A stretch of 25,616 nucleotides of DNA from a virus (taxonomy: Duplodnaviria > Caudoviricetes). Below the pieces are notes generated by a model. That model saw only the letters and a program-made list of their open reading frames with translations, had not been told where the DNA came from and made no database searches. The translations under genes were made by a program, and so were the position numbers. The stretch lies in IMG/VR virus record IMGVR_UViG_3300000756_000046, positions 1 through 25,616 of that record; one strand, 5' to 3'. Each line of letters begins with the position of its first letter. The first letter of the stretch is position 1. Of this stretch, positions 7,347-16,300 are shown piece by piece.

Positions 7347-8519
7347 TCAGACCAGCGTTTCTGTAGCAGGGAATACTGCGTTGAGATCCAAGCCAGTGAA
7401 CTTAGCCATGTGATCTTGACCCTTGATTTGGAATCCACATTCTCCGACCATCATATACGAATCCGTGTCATCAGTCTTAGCAAGCTTTTCAACCACTAAT
7501 GGCTGGAATACTCGCTGAGTAAAGTTGTCACGGCTGTAGCAGAATGCATCAGTCTTTCGGACGTAACGGTTACGGACCAACTGGACTTCACCAAACTCAG
7601 TTGTAACAACCTGAGCACGACGACGACCACGGCGCAAATCGTCAACCGTAACGGTCTGGACGCGCTCATTACCAGTTGTGTTGTTAAGTGCCTGGAACGC
7701 TGCTGGGCGAGCAGTAATGTAATCAAACGCTCCACCCTTGTCGTAACATGCCTGCTGTTGTGCTTCAATTGTATTAATAGTCAACCAAGGACTTGAAGTG
7801 TTTACGTTGGTCGTAACATATGAGTTCAATCCACCAGTTGAACGAATACGAGTAGCAGTGTCTTGGAACTTGATACCGTAAAGAGCTGACTGCTCGATAC
7901 CAACATTACAATGCAACATGGCGTTCTTCATCTGCTTATTAAGCTCGTTTGGAACACCATACTTCTTGATACCCTGCTCAGTACGAGACACAGTAAGCTT
8001 CTTTGAGAAGATCTGCGTATAGTTTGAGTACTTGTCACGGCCTTGGAAGTTAGCCGAACCAATTGAACCTTCAGCAAGTACGGTTCCCACACCGATAGCC
8101 TCAGTCAACGTTGCAATTGTTGCAAGTGCGGTTGTTCCTAAAGAACCACGGGTAACTGTCAAAGTATCAGTTGACGTGTTAATTGCCGTAACAAGGACAA
8201 TTTCGCTTGAGAAACGCACTGCGTCGCCAACAGCAAATCGTACAGCATGTCCAGTAGAAAGAACAAAAGCCGTGGTTGCGTTGGAAGCAATTGCTGTCAA
8301 CAGGGTTCCTCGTGGCAATGGAACATCTTCCTCTAGCCAAAAGAACTCAGTCTGATCAACAGGAGCTTTTCCGATAACACCTAGTCCATCCGAGCCAATG
8401 CCGGAAAGAAGAGGAAGGTCATCAGGTGTAATGATATAAATAAGGTCATCGATATTGATTTTAGTTTCGACCTGCAAATCATAAGAATAAAATGCTGGTC
8501 CTGCTTTTAGAATTGCCAT
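7347..8519 (-). CDS. Major capsid protein (HK97 fold; DUF5309/SU10-like)
   Basis: WLEE, EG, NYTQIF..TVSRTEQ, RSTGGL, TEFGEVQLVRNRY and KLAKTDD..MMVGE motifs recalled from this MCP family; 390 aa; downstream of the scaffold and followed by a terminator-like hairpin. Confidence 0.9.
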   Translation of the reverse strand: MAILKAGPAFYSYDLQVETKINIDDLIYIITPDDLPLLSGIGSDGLGVIGKAPVDQTEFFWLEEDVPLPRGTLLTAIASNATTAFVLSTGHAVRFAVGDAVRFSSEIVLVTAINTSTDTLTVTRGSLGTTALATIATLTEAIGVGTVLAEGSIGSANFQGRDKYSNYTQIFSKKLTVSRTEQGIKKYGVPNELNKQMKNAMLHCNVGIEQSALYGIKFQDTATRIRSTGGLNSYVTTNVNTSSPWLTINTIEAQQQACYDKGGAFDYITARPAAFQALNNTTGNERVQTVTVDDLRRGRRRAQVVTTEFGEVQLVRNRYVRKTDAFCYSRDNFTQRVFQPLVVEKLAKTDDTDSYMMVGECGFQIKGQDHMAKFTGLDLNAVFPATETLV

Positions 8520-8524
8520 GAGAG

Positions 8525-8818
8525 TTAGTCCTTTGTGTTGGTTGTGATGCGAGATGCTCGCAAGTGATCGTTGATTTTGTGACGCTCCTCACCAGCCTGT
8601 TTCATCCTGACTGGAGACATATCTGGATTTATGACCGGCATTTTAGTGCCATTAGGTCTTTCATCGTAGAGAATGCCTTTATTCCAAGATGGAGGTTCAA
8701 CTGGTTTCTTACGTCCCTTAAACCGACTTGGTGTGGCAGCAGGACTAACTTGTACACCCTTATTTCGAAGCCTACATCCGTAGTGTTCTTCGCAATCTGG
8801 TATTGGACAAATTGGCAT
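8525..8818 (-). CDS. Hypothetical basic protein with N-terminal C-x4-C-x2-H-x2-C motif
   Basis: MPICPIPDCEEHYGCRLR; tightly packed between the scaffold and capsid genes. Confidence 0.75.
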   Translation of the reverse strand: MPICPIPDCEEHYGCRLRNKGVQVSPAATPSRFKGRKKPVEPPSWNKGILYDERPNGTKMPVINPDMSPVRMKQAGEERHKINDHLRASRITTNTKD

Positions 8819-8820
8819 TG

Positions 8821-9363
8821 CTACCGATCAAATCGGTGTCCAGCAATTTGGGCTTCATCGGCCCATTCACTGGAATTAAAGATCGCACGCTTGTCACCCA
8901 TCGCTGCAGCACTAATCACACGGTCAATCGCCATAAGGCCGGCATCATCAGATGATCTACCTTCCTTACGTGCTTGATGAAATAGCTCATAGGCTTCGTC
9001 AAACGGATCTCTTTCTTCGAATTCCGCTGCACCTGCCGCTTCACCCCTAGCAAAATTCTGGCGAAAATTCTGTTGATTTGACTCTTCAGAACGAATTTCA
9101 GCAGAAGTATCCTTTGTTGGAATACCAATACCTAATTCTGATGCTTCAGTCTTGAGGAGATCGAGATCATCGCCTTCCCAGGTCTTTAGCAACAATTTGC
9201 CTATTTTGCTAGATGTATCAATACCCGCTTTCGTGAATAACAGTTCCCGCTTCATTTCAGCAAGTTCATTCTGAGCTTGCTTTCCTGCTTCGGCTGCTTT
9301 TCGCAACGCTCTAATATTGTCTATTTCTTCGTGTTCTTCGTTATCTTCAGTTATATTGGACAT
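8821..9363 (-). CDS. Putative capsid scaffolding protein
   Basis: Acidic N-terminus; coiled coil IRALRKAAE...ELAEMKRELLF; 180 aa; AAGGGG RBS 7 nt upstream; located before the MCP. Confidence 0.75.
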   Translation of the reverse strand: MSNITEDNEEHEEIDNIRALRKAAEAGKQAQNELAEMKRELLFTKAGIDTSSKIGKLLLKTWEGDDLDLLKTEASELGIGIPTKDTSAEIRSEESNQQNFRQNFARGEAAGAAEFEERDPFDEAYELFHQARKEGRSSDDAGLMAIDRVISAAAMGDKRAIFNSSEWADEAQIAGHRFDR

Positions 9364-9494
9364 TTGTGTTCCCCTTACGGTTAGTCAACAGTCGACTTGA
9401 CTTACATCTACCAGCGACGAAAGGTAGAGATGTTTTCTAGCGGCCACTAATGTAGCACTCACTTAATAGGGCCGTTTGCACAGCGCACCTATGT
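9364..9494 (-). promoter_or_regulatory. Candidate structured 5' leader with three hairpins ahead of the scaffold-capsid operon
   Basis: Inverted repeats at 9441-9474 (cggcc/ggccg), 9404-9433 (acatctacc/ggtagagatgt, 2-nt bulge) and 9383-9402 (agtcaa/ttgact). Confidence 0.5.
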
Positions 9495-9512
9495 GTTATC
9501 AGAATATAACAC
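9493..9512. promoter_or_regulatory. Perfect 7-bp inverted repeat bracketing the -10 element (operator-like)
   Basis: GTGTTAT-cagaat-ATAACAC. Confidence 0.55.
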
Positions 9513-9529
9513 CTTTTTAGTATTGTCAA
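9501..9529 (-). promoter_or_regulatory. Sigma70-type promoter driving scaffold/capsid genes
   Basis: Minus strand TTGACA (9529-9524), 17-nt spacer, TATTCT (9506-9501), in the largest intergenic gap of the window. Confidence 0.8.
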
Positions 9530-9534
9530 CTACC

Positions 9535-9825
9535 CTACCATTTTACTTTGTTTGCCCAGTATGCGGCAGACATAGGGCCACGTGCAATGTTTTTAGCATG
9601 ACGAGATTTAAAAGATTTACGTTTTTGTACCATGCGATCAGATTCTCCCGCTTTAGGTTGACCTGCAGTAGAAGCACCTTGCTCGCCAAAACGAATAGTT
9701 TTAATCTGCCCACCAGATTTAGCCACAACAATATGAGACTTCTTGGGGTGATCAGGTGTTCGCTTAGGTTTGTTAAAACCAGCAACACCGGCACGAGCCA
9801 AACGAGAATCCTTAGCAGTAGCCAT
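9535..9825 (-). CDS. Small highly basic phage protein (RFG...RKSFxxRH...SAAYW pattern)
   Basis: 96 aa, K/R-rich; the motif pattern resembles a small-protein family I recall from aquatic viruses; function unknown. Confidence 0.85.
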   Translation of the reverse strand: MATAKDSRLARAGVAGFNKPKRTPDHPKKSHIVVAKSGGQIKTIRFGEQGASTAGQPKAGESDRMVQKRKSFKSRHAKNIARGPMSAAYWANKVKW

Positions 9826-9852
9826 TACGAAGCCTTTCGTGCAGTAAGCATA

Positions 9853-10116
9853 TTATTTCTTTCCTCTATTACGGGCACGATTACTTGATGCACTCTCTTT
9901 AACTAACTTACCATCCTTGGTATGGGACAAATCAGGACCCCCCTTGCCCATCATACCTTTAGCACGACGAGCTTTGGCTAGTTCCCGCCTTTTGGCCATT
10001 TGTTCTGCTTTGGCATTAAAAGCCGTATCAGTCTTGGCCTTAACTTTTCGAGCATCAGAGTTTGCTCGATAAAAAGCAGCACTTTGACGTGGATTCTTGA
10101 CTGGTCTAGGAGCCAT
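9853..10116 (-). CDS. Small basic protein, possible minimal/degenerate HNH-like
   Basis: 87 aa, K/R-rich helix followed by GGPDLSHTKDGKLVKESASSNRARN (DxxH...NR); TAATG coupling. Confidence 0.7.
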   Translation of the reverse strand: MAPRPVKNPRQSAAFYRANSDARKVKAKTDTAFNAKAEQMAKRRELAKARRAKGMMGKGGPDLSHTKDGKLVKESASSNRARNRGKK

Positions 10117-10991
10117 TATGCACCCACAATTCCCTTAGTAGTAGTTAAAGCCCCGCCACCAATAGAACCTTGTTGAGTTTTTCTACCAATAAGTCTATTT
10201 TCCAAAGTAGTTTGATCAGCTACATTGCCTATCGCACCAGCACTAAAAGCAATACCAGCATCTAATTGTTGACCAGATTCACCTAAATTAGAGTCAGTCA
10301 ATTGACTGTAAGAAGCTGCCTGTTGAATATCACTCTGCATTTGTTGTTCATTATAAGATTTTTTCCAAGTTGCATAATCTTCTGCTTGAGTTTTGGACAC
10401 TACCAAATTTTGTTGCTTACCAAATGCAGCAATAGAAGCAGCTTGTGATCTATTTTCTAAAAATTCTAATGTTCTTTGCGGATCTAAAACTGCAGCAAAC
10501 AATGCACCATCGGACGCATCACCATAAAATTCTTGAAATGCGGTTTTAATCTCCGGACTTAAATCGTTTACAATTCCTATTGATTTCTGTATACGATTTT
10601 CAATTTGTTCTGTAGTTAAATTTGAAGCCATTGCTTTTTGTGCATCCGCAAATGTGTCATAAAATGTTGGTGGCAAACCACTGTCTAACATAATTCTTTT
10701 AAAGTCTTTTTCGTATCGTTGCACACCTTCAACTGTTGGGACAGTAACTGCTTCACCATTAGCAACTCGTGCTCTTTGATCAAAAATAATTTTATAACGT
10801 TTTTGAAATACCGGAGTGGCTTCTAATCTTGGTAATAATGTGGCTTCAGTATCTATGCCTTCTAATATTTGAGTCCATAACCATCCACCAGGTTCGCCTT
10901 TTGAATTAGTTGTAAACAAACTACCTAAACCAACATTAATTAAAAATGATGACAAATCAAGATAGTCATTTTTTTGTTCTGTAGTTGCCAT
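10116..10991 (-). CDS. Putative internal virion protein (291 aa)
   Basis: Helical and Q/A-rich with a G-rich C-terminus; TAATG-coupled within a block with the 2353-aa gene. Function inferred from context. Confidence 0.55.
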   Translation of the reverse strand: MATTEQKNDYLDLSSFLINVGLGSLFTTNSKGEPGGWLWTQILEGIDTEATLLPRLEATPVFQKRYKIIFDQRARVANGEAVTVPTVEGVQRYEKDFKRIMLDSGLPPTFYDTFADAQKAMASNLTTEQIENRIQKSIGIVNDLSPEIKTAFQEFYGDASDGALFAAVLDPQRTLEFLENRSQAASIAAFGKQQNLVVSKTQAEDYATWKKSYNEQQMQSDIQQAASYSQLTDSNLGESGQQLDAGIAFSAGAIGNVADQTTLENRLIGRKTQQGSIGGGALTTTKGIVGA

Positions 10992-11983
10992 TAGTATGCA
11001 CTCATTCCAAATATTTTAGCCAACATATTTCCCATATTACCAGTTAACTCTTTAGCCTCGTCTGATTTACCCCAACGCTCATCTTTTCTCACATTCATTC
11101 TAATTGTATTTTGATCTGCCAATGAAGTAACACCTTTATCATCTTTTGTTGTAACCATATTCATCCATTTAGAATCCGTAAAATCAATTTCACCAACTTG
11201 AATACCAAGACTTTTAGCAATAGCCGATCGAGAAGAACTTAACAGATCACTAGGACTAATGCCTTGATCGATTGTGTCGCTCAACCAAGGATTGGCCAAT
11301 TTAGATTGTTGTTGCAATAGTTTTTCAACTGACTCAGCAGACATTGAACCACTGGCAATTTTATCGGCCCAGTCTCTTGCTGTTTTTTTGTCAACATTTA
11401 CAAAATAATTTCTTCCTAATTGTGTAAATGTATCAACTGACTGTAACAACGTTCCTTGATTTAAAGTTTTCCAATCGGCTAAATCAACAACCGATTTAGT
11501 TAATTGTTCTTCGGACCATGATTGTTTTTCAGCAACTTTTGCTATATATAAAAATGCATCATTATTTTTTGGTATACCTAAAATTGATGCTTGATTTTGA
11601 ATTCGCAACAAAAGAGAATTAATGTCATTTTGTCTTTGCTCAAATGATTTTCCTGACCCACCAGATCCAGAACCACGTGGCGCAAACTTGCTAGGGTCTA
11701 AACCAAAATTCTGCATAAAATTATGAATTTGGCCTTCTGACAAATTGAAAGAATTTAATTCGGCATAATTAATAAATAGTTCGTATTTTGCATGATTCTC
11801 TTTTGATCCCCAGCCGTTGTAAGTTTTGTAAATACTGTTATAAGAATACCACCATGATTTAGATTTATTTAAAGTTTTACCATCTAAAGTTTTACCTTCA
11901 ACAATTACTTTTCCAGCGTCTTTATAAGGATCATTAACAAAGCCAGGAGTTTGTAGATCTGAATTTCTACCTAATACATCCAT
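10991..11983 (-). CDS. Putative internal virion protein (330 aa)
   Basis: Helical; GSGSGGSG linker; TAATG-coupled on both sides. Function inferred from context. Confidence 0.55.
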   Translation of the reverse strand: MDVLGRNSDLQTPGFVNDPYKDAGKVIVEGKTLDGKTLNKSKSWWYSYNSIYKTYNGWGSKENHAKYELFINYAELNSFNLSEGQIHNFMQNFGLDPSKFAPRGSGSGGSGKSFEQRQNDINSLLLRIQNQASILGIPKNNDAFLYIAKVAEKQSWSEEQLTKSVVDLADWKTLNQGTLLQSVDTFTQLGRNYFVNVDKKTARDWADKIASGSMSAESVEKLLQQQSKLANPWLSDTIDQGISPSDLLSSSRSAIAKSLGIQVGEIDFTDSKWMNMVTTKDDKGVTSLADQNTIRMNVRKDERWGKSDEAKELTGNMGNMLAKIFGMSAY

Positions 11984-13347
11984 TATTTAAACACCTCTTT
12001 CATTGCATCATCCATTTTGGACATATTGTTAAAATTAATTTCTGATTCAAATTCATCAGTCAAATAACTATAAACATTATCTTCAACACCTGATCCATCG
12101 CTCAAATTATTATAAACAATATCTTTGTTATTTTGAATATTCCATTGTCTAATAGCTTGAGCCAAACTTGCAGTCTCATTACCATTTAACTGACGACCCA
12201 AATAATCTAAACCAAATTTATCTGCCATTGATTCCATAAGAGTTGCACTATAAGGAGCAACTTCTAGACCGGCATCTAATTTAGCTTTTAATTCAGCTTG
12301 ATTTTTTTTAGCAAAATCAGCAGGAGATAATTCACTTCGAATAGAAGCTGTTAAAAACTTAGTCCAAGCAGTATTGGTCAAATCATCCATAACACCCAAA
12401 GTTGGTTGTACGTTATTTTGATTTTGAAAATAACCATTCATTTTTAAAGTCTGTTGCAAATCTCGCAATTGTTTTGAATCAAGCATTGAAGGATAGCTAA
12501 TGGCTTTTGCTAAATTCCATCGCACAGTGCCTCCTGTTTCTGCGGCTATTCGACTGTCTTGATATTCTTGTTGTGCAGCGTAAGGCCCTGTATATGTCTT
12601 TTTTGCTGTAACAATTCCAGTTAATTCATCAAAATCGGATTGTTCAAATGATGCTGTATCCATGCTTGGAAGCATTGCGTTTCCAGATTCTTGAATTTGT
12701 AATAAATCTTTAACGGTAGCTTCATAATGAATATCTAAATATTCTTTGTAATTATATAAAAAAGCATCATCAAGATTTGGTACATCACCATTATCTAATG
12801 GTGTTACTGGTGTATCTAATGGAGTGCCAGGTTCCTTACCACCATTTGTAGTTTTGGCCGAAGGAGTCCAACCAGTTGGATTTTTTAACTTGGCTTCACT
12901 AGAACCTTCCAATTCTGTTTCGTATGTTTCTTTAAATTGATCTGTAATTTTATCAACAAACATACTTGAAGTAATTTTATCCGTCGAATTTGGAATGACA
13001 GAATCAGGAAATCTTGTAATTTTATATTTACCTTCATATGCCGTAAATAATGGTCTCAAATCTACATTATTAATAAAATCACTAGCAAAAAAATACGTTG
13101 GCAATGTTTTTAAAATTGTTTGAACTGTCGGTTTATCTATATCACCATTAAAACCATAAATTTCAATAATGTCATTAGTAATAGATTCGATATCCCTAGG
13201 AGCAGTATTACCAGTTGATTCATAATATTGTTGATAAAACTTTTTATAAACTCCTGAATTGTAAACAGCAGGTAATAAAACGTTCGCGGGAACAAGTTTA
13301 CCATCGTTATCCATGTCATAAATTTCATCGTAATTTACTTCTGCCAT
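11983..13347 (-). CDS. Putative internal virion protein with PG_binding_1-like segment (454 aa)
   Basis: LRDLQQTLKMNGYF...GVMDDLTNTAWTKF resembles the peptidoglycan-binding consensus LQxxLxxxGY..DG..G..T..A...F; acidic overall. Confidence 0.6.
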   Translation of the reverse strand: MAEVNYDEIYDMDNDGKLVPANVLLPAVYNSGVYKKFYQQYYESTGNTAPRDIESITNDIIEIYGFNGDIDKPTVQTILKTLPTYFFASDFINNVDLRPLFTAYEGKYKITRFPDSVIPNSTDKITSSMFVDKITDQFKETYETELEGSSEAKLKNPTGWTPSAKTTNGGKEPGTPLDTPVTPLDNGDVPNLDDAFLYNYKEYLDIHYEATVKDLLQIQESGNAMLPSMDTASFEQSDFDELTGIVTAKKTYTGPYAAQQEYQDSRIAAETGGTVRWNLAKAISYPSMLDSKQLRDLQQTLKMNGYFQNQNNVQPTLGVMDDLTNTAWTKFLTASIRSELSPADFAKKNQAELKAKLDAGLEVAPYSATLMESMADKFGLDYLGRQLNGNETASLAQAIRQWNIQNNKDIVYNNLSDGSGVEDNVYSYLTDEFESEINFNNMSKMDDAMKEVFK

Positions 13348-13349
13348 GA

Positions 13350-16300
13350 CTACAATCCTATCTCAGGTTGAATAACGGTGTTCCAAAATGTTTCGACACC
13401 TGGGTTGTTATTAATAAAATCTTTACTCCACATAAGAAAATTGTCCTGAAGATCTTTTTTCATTATGTTGTTTATTCCACTACCGCTCAAAGACAGTCTC
13501 CGTTTTTGCATAATAAACAAATCAAAAGTATCAATCATGGTTTTCATGCCCTCAAAATGTTTTGCTTTTGGAAAAAGAGGATCATCAAGTGCATAACGCA
13601 ACTCGCTTAAAATTTGATCTCTCCGTTGACGAGCATCGCCGGCTTCCAAATATTGCGTAAAAATAGGATGCGCAGATTTAAATAACAAAGATTGCCGATC
13701 CCATTCTGCAGAATATTGATTTGCCAAAGAATAATCTCCTCGAAGATCTAACTGAATAATCTTTTCTTCATAACCATTTTTGGCCTTAAAATAATCATGA
13801 GAAGCTTCTTTAAATTTAACTTCATTTAAAAACTTCTCAGGAGTTTTCATATTTCTAAAGCCGTTGATTAATTCAGAATCATACGCATGTTTGCTTCTGT
13901 CATCTTTGCTATCGGCTTGAGGCAACAACCAAGCACCAGCAGTTGGATATTGATCAATGGTTGATTTATTAGTTAAGTAAAAATCCAAACCTTCTTCAGT
14001 TCCAGGCAACACAGCTTTACCAGAAGTTTCTGTTTTACTCACGGTATATGCGGAAGGATTAATAATATCATGAACAGTATTGGCAGTATATAACTCAAGA
14101 TATTTTTGAGTACCAGCTTCAATGCCTAAAGAAGTTACTAAACTATAATAATCCTGTGACAATAATGCCTGAGCATCATCAATTTTGCCATCCGTCAACC
14201 AAGAAATAGAACTTTGATCATTGGTTGTTTGTAATGTAGAGGCAGGGCCAGGAGTAAACCAACCAGCCAAAGCTTGAGACACAACAATAATTCGTGCATG
14301 ATTACGAACAGTTCTTACAAACTCATCCGCTTCAGCGGCAGTAGCACCTTCGCGCAAACCATTACCAGTAGCTTCAAGATGAGCAATTGCACTCATTGTT
14401 GCAGAAGAAATGCGTTCAGCACCTTTTCCTTTATCTAATATTGCTTCCAAAGTATTTTTAACTGAAGAAGGAACAATGTAATCAAGATTACCACGAGTCT
14501 GTTGTTGTTCACCTAAGACTTCAGTTTTAAGATCATCATAAGCGCGAATCATTTGATTATTAAAAACAGGAAGTTCTGTCATAAAAGATCCAAAAGTATT
14601 CATTGACAAACCTATTAATGGACTCAACCCAGGTGCACCAAAGTTTGTAGTAGTAAAACCAGGAATCATTTTATCTGTTGGTGTTTGGAACATGGCTGAA
14701 ACAGGCATCAAGTCACCCATGAATGGTAATTTTTCAACAGCGTTAATAAGGAGTTCAGATCCAGGATAAACAAAATAATCTTTACCACTTGCATCTTGAC
14801 GAACAATACCCATTGTGCGCAAACCATTTTGAGTTAACACAAGTTTACGTGCTAATACTGCTGCACCAAGAGGACCATCTTTTGTAACCATTAAGGCCCA
14901 ACGTTTTAAAAAGTTTTCGTTGGCATACCAGAAAGGCATATAGCCGCGCATCCATTCAGAAAACTGTGACCTCATTTGATGAGAGTCAATAAATGGCATA
15001 ATGTCATTAATTGCATATTCGGCAGCATAATCCAATGATTGTGTAAAAGCATTTTGTTGTGCTTTACCTGCTCTTTGAATAACATCCCATCCAATTTCTT
15101 TTTCTACTAAATCTTTAATATTTTTCTGAAATCCAGTTTGAAGTAAATTGCTTCCAGTTACTCCTTTTCGAGTTGCCCTGCCCGCAGCAACCGAACCTTC
15201 GCCCAAAACGGAATCAATTACTTTAAGCAAATCCCAAGTAGAATAATCGGCCGGTAAAAGAATAGATAAATCATCTTTTTCTTTTTCTAAAAACTTTATA
15301 AGGGCTTTTGCTTTAACGGCATCTTTTGTTGCAGTAGGAAGATTAGCTCTAAGTCCATCTAGGAATATTTGAAATTCCTGATCACTTGTTTTAAAACCTT
15401 TTAGATATGCAAAAGCTTCTCTATTGGTCCATAATTCAGAACCTTCTATTTTATGTACTTTTCCTGCAAATCTGCCAGCATCACCTAATCTGTCAAATTT
15501 CTGCACATTGGCAACAGGAAAAATTTTATTAGCAATAGCATCGTCCAGAAGTTTTCCTAATTCTCTATCAATAGGAGTATTTTTAAACAACCATTCTACG
15601 TTACCCAAGTTACGCATTCTTGCTTGATGGAATGCATGAAAAGCCATAGGTCGTCTAACAATTGCATCAATAGAATCTCCAATAACACCAAAGCCTTTTC
15701 GTATAAAATTATCCCATGTTGAAAGTTTGGCTACATCTTCCATGGCAGATTGTAAAACAAAATCTGGCATAGAATCTGATGGAGTCCTTCTAACGTGAGA
15801 TTCATTTAAGGTCTTTAATCTTACGTAATCAATAGGTATTTCATCAACAACCCATTGGTCTCCAATTTTTTTATAGAATTGCTCATTACTTCCCGCAACT
15901 GGTTCACGAAGTTCAAATCTTGCTTTAGCCATGTAGTCGTCGTACAAAGCAGGTTGAAGTAGGCCATGCAAAACAGTGCTATCAGCACCAGCATCAAAAG
16001 CAGTCTGTGTAAAATAATTACGATCACCAAGTTTTAATGGCTTACTAAACTTGTCATCATCAAAAAATCTCCGATGTAATAAATTGTTTAGATCAGTACC
16101 AGGTTGAATTAAAACAGCTCTTCCTGCTACTTCCTCATACAAAGGTTTTGTGCTTGTAAGAGTAAGACGCATATGTGACTGTGTTGTATTGGAATAAAAA
16201 CGCATCAAATGATCAACCATGGCTTCATGACCAATTGATGCTGTAGCCGCATCAAGATAATCTGTTGCCAAATTGTACGTTTGACTATCCCATTTAACTA

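Noticed and set aside
9364-9534. tRNA or known riboswitch in the intergenic gap
   Set aside because: No cloverleaf, T-loop GTTC or CCA pattern, and no riboswitch consensus I recognise.
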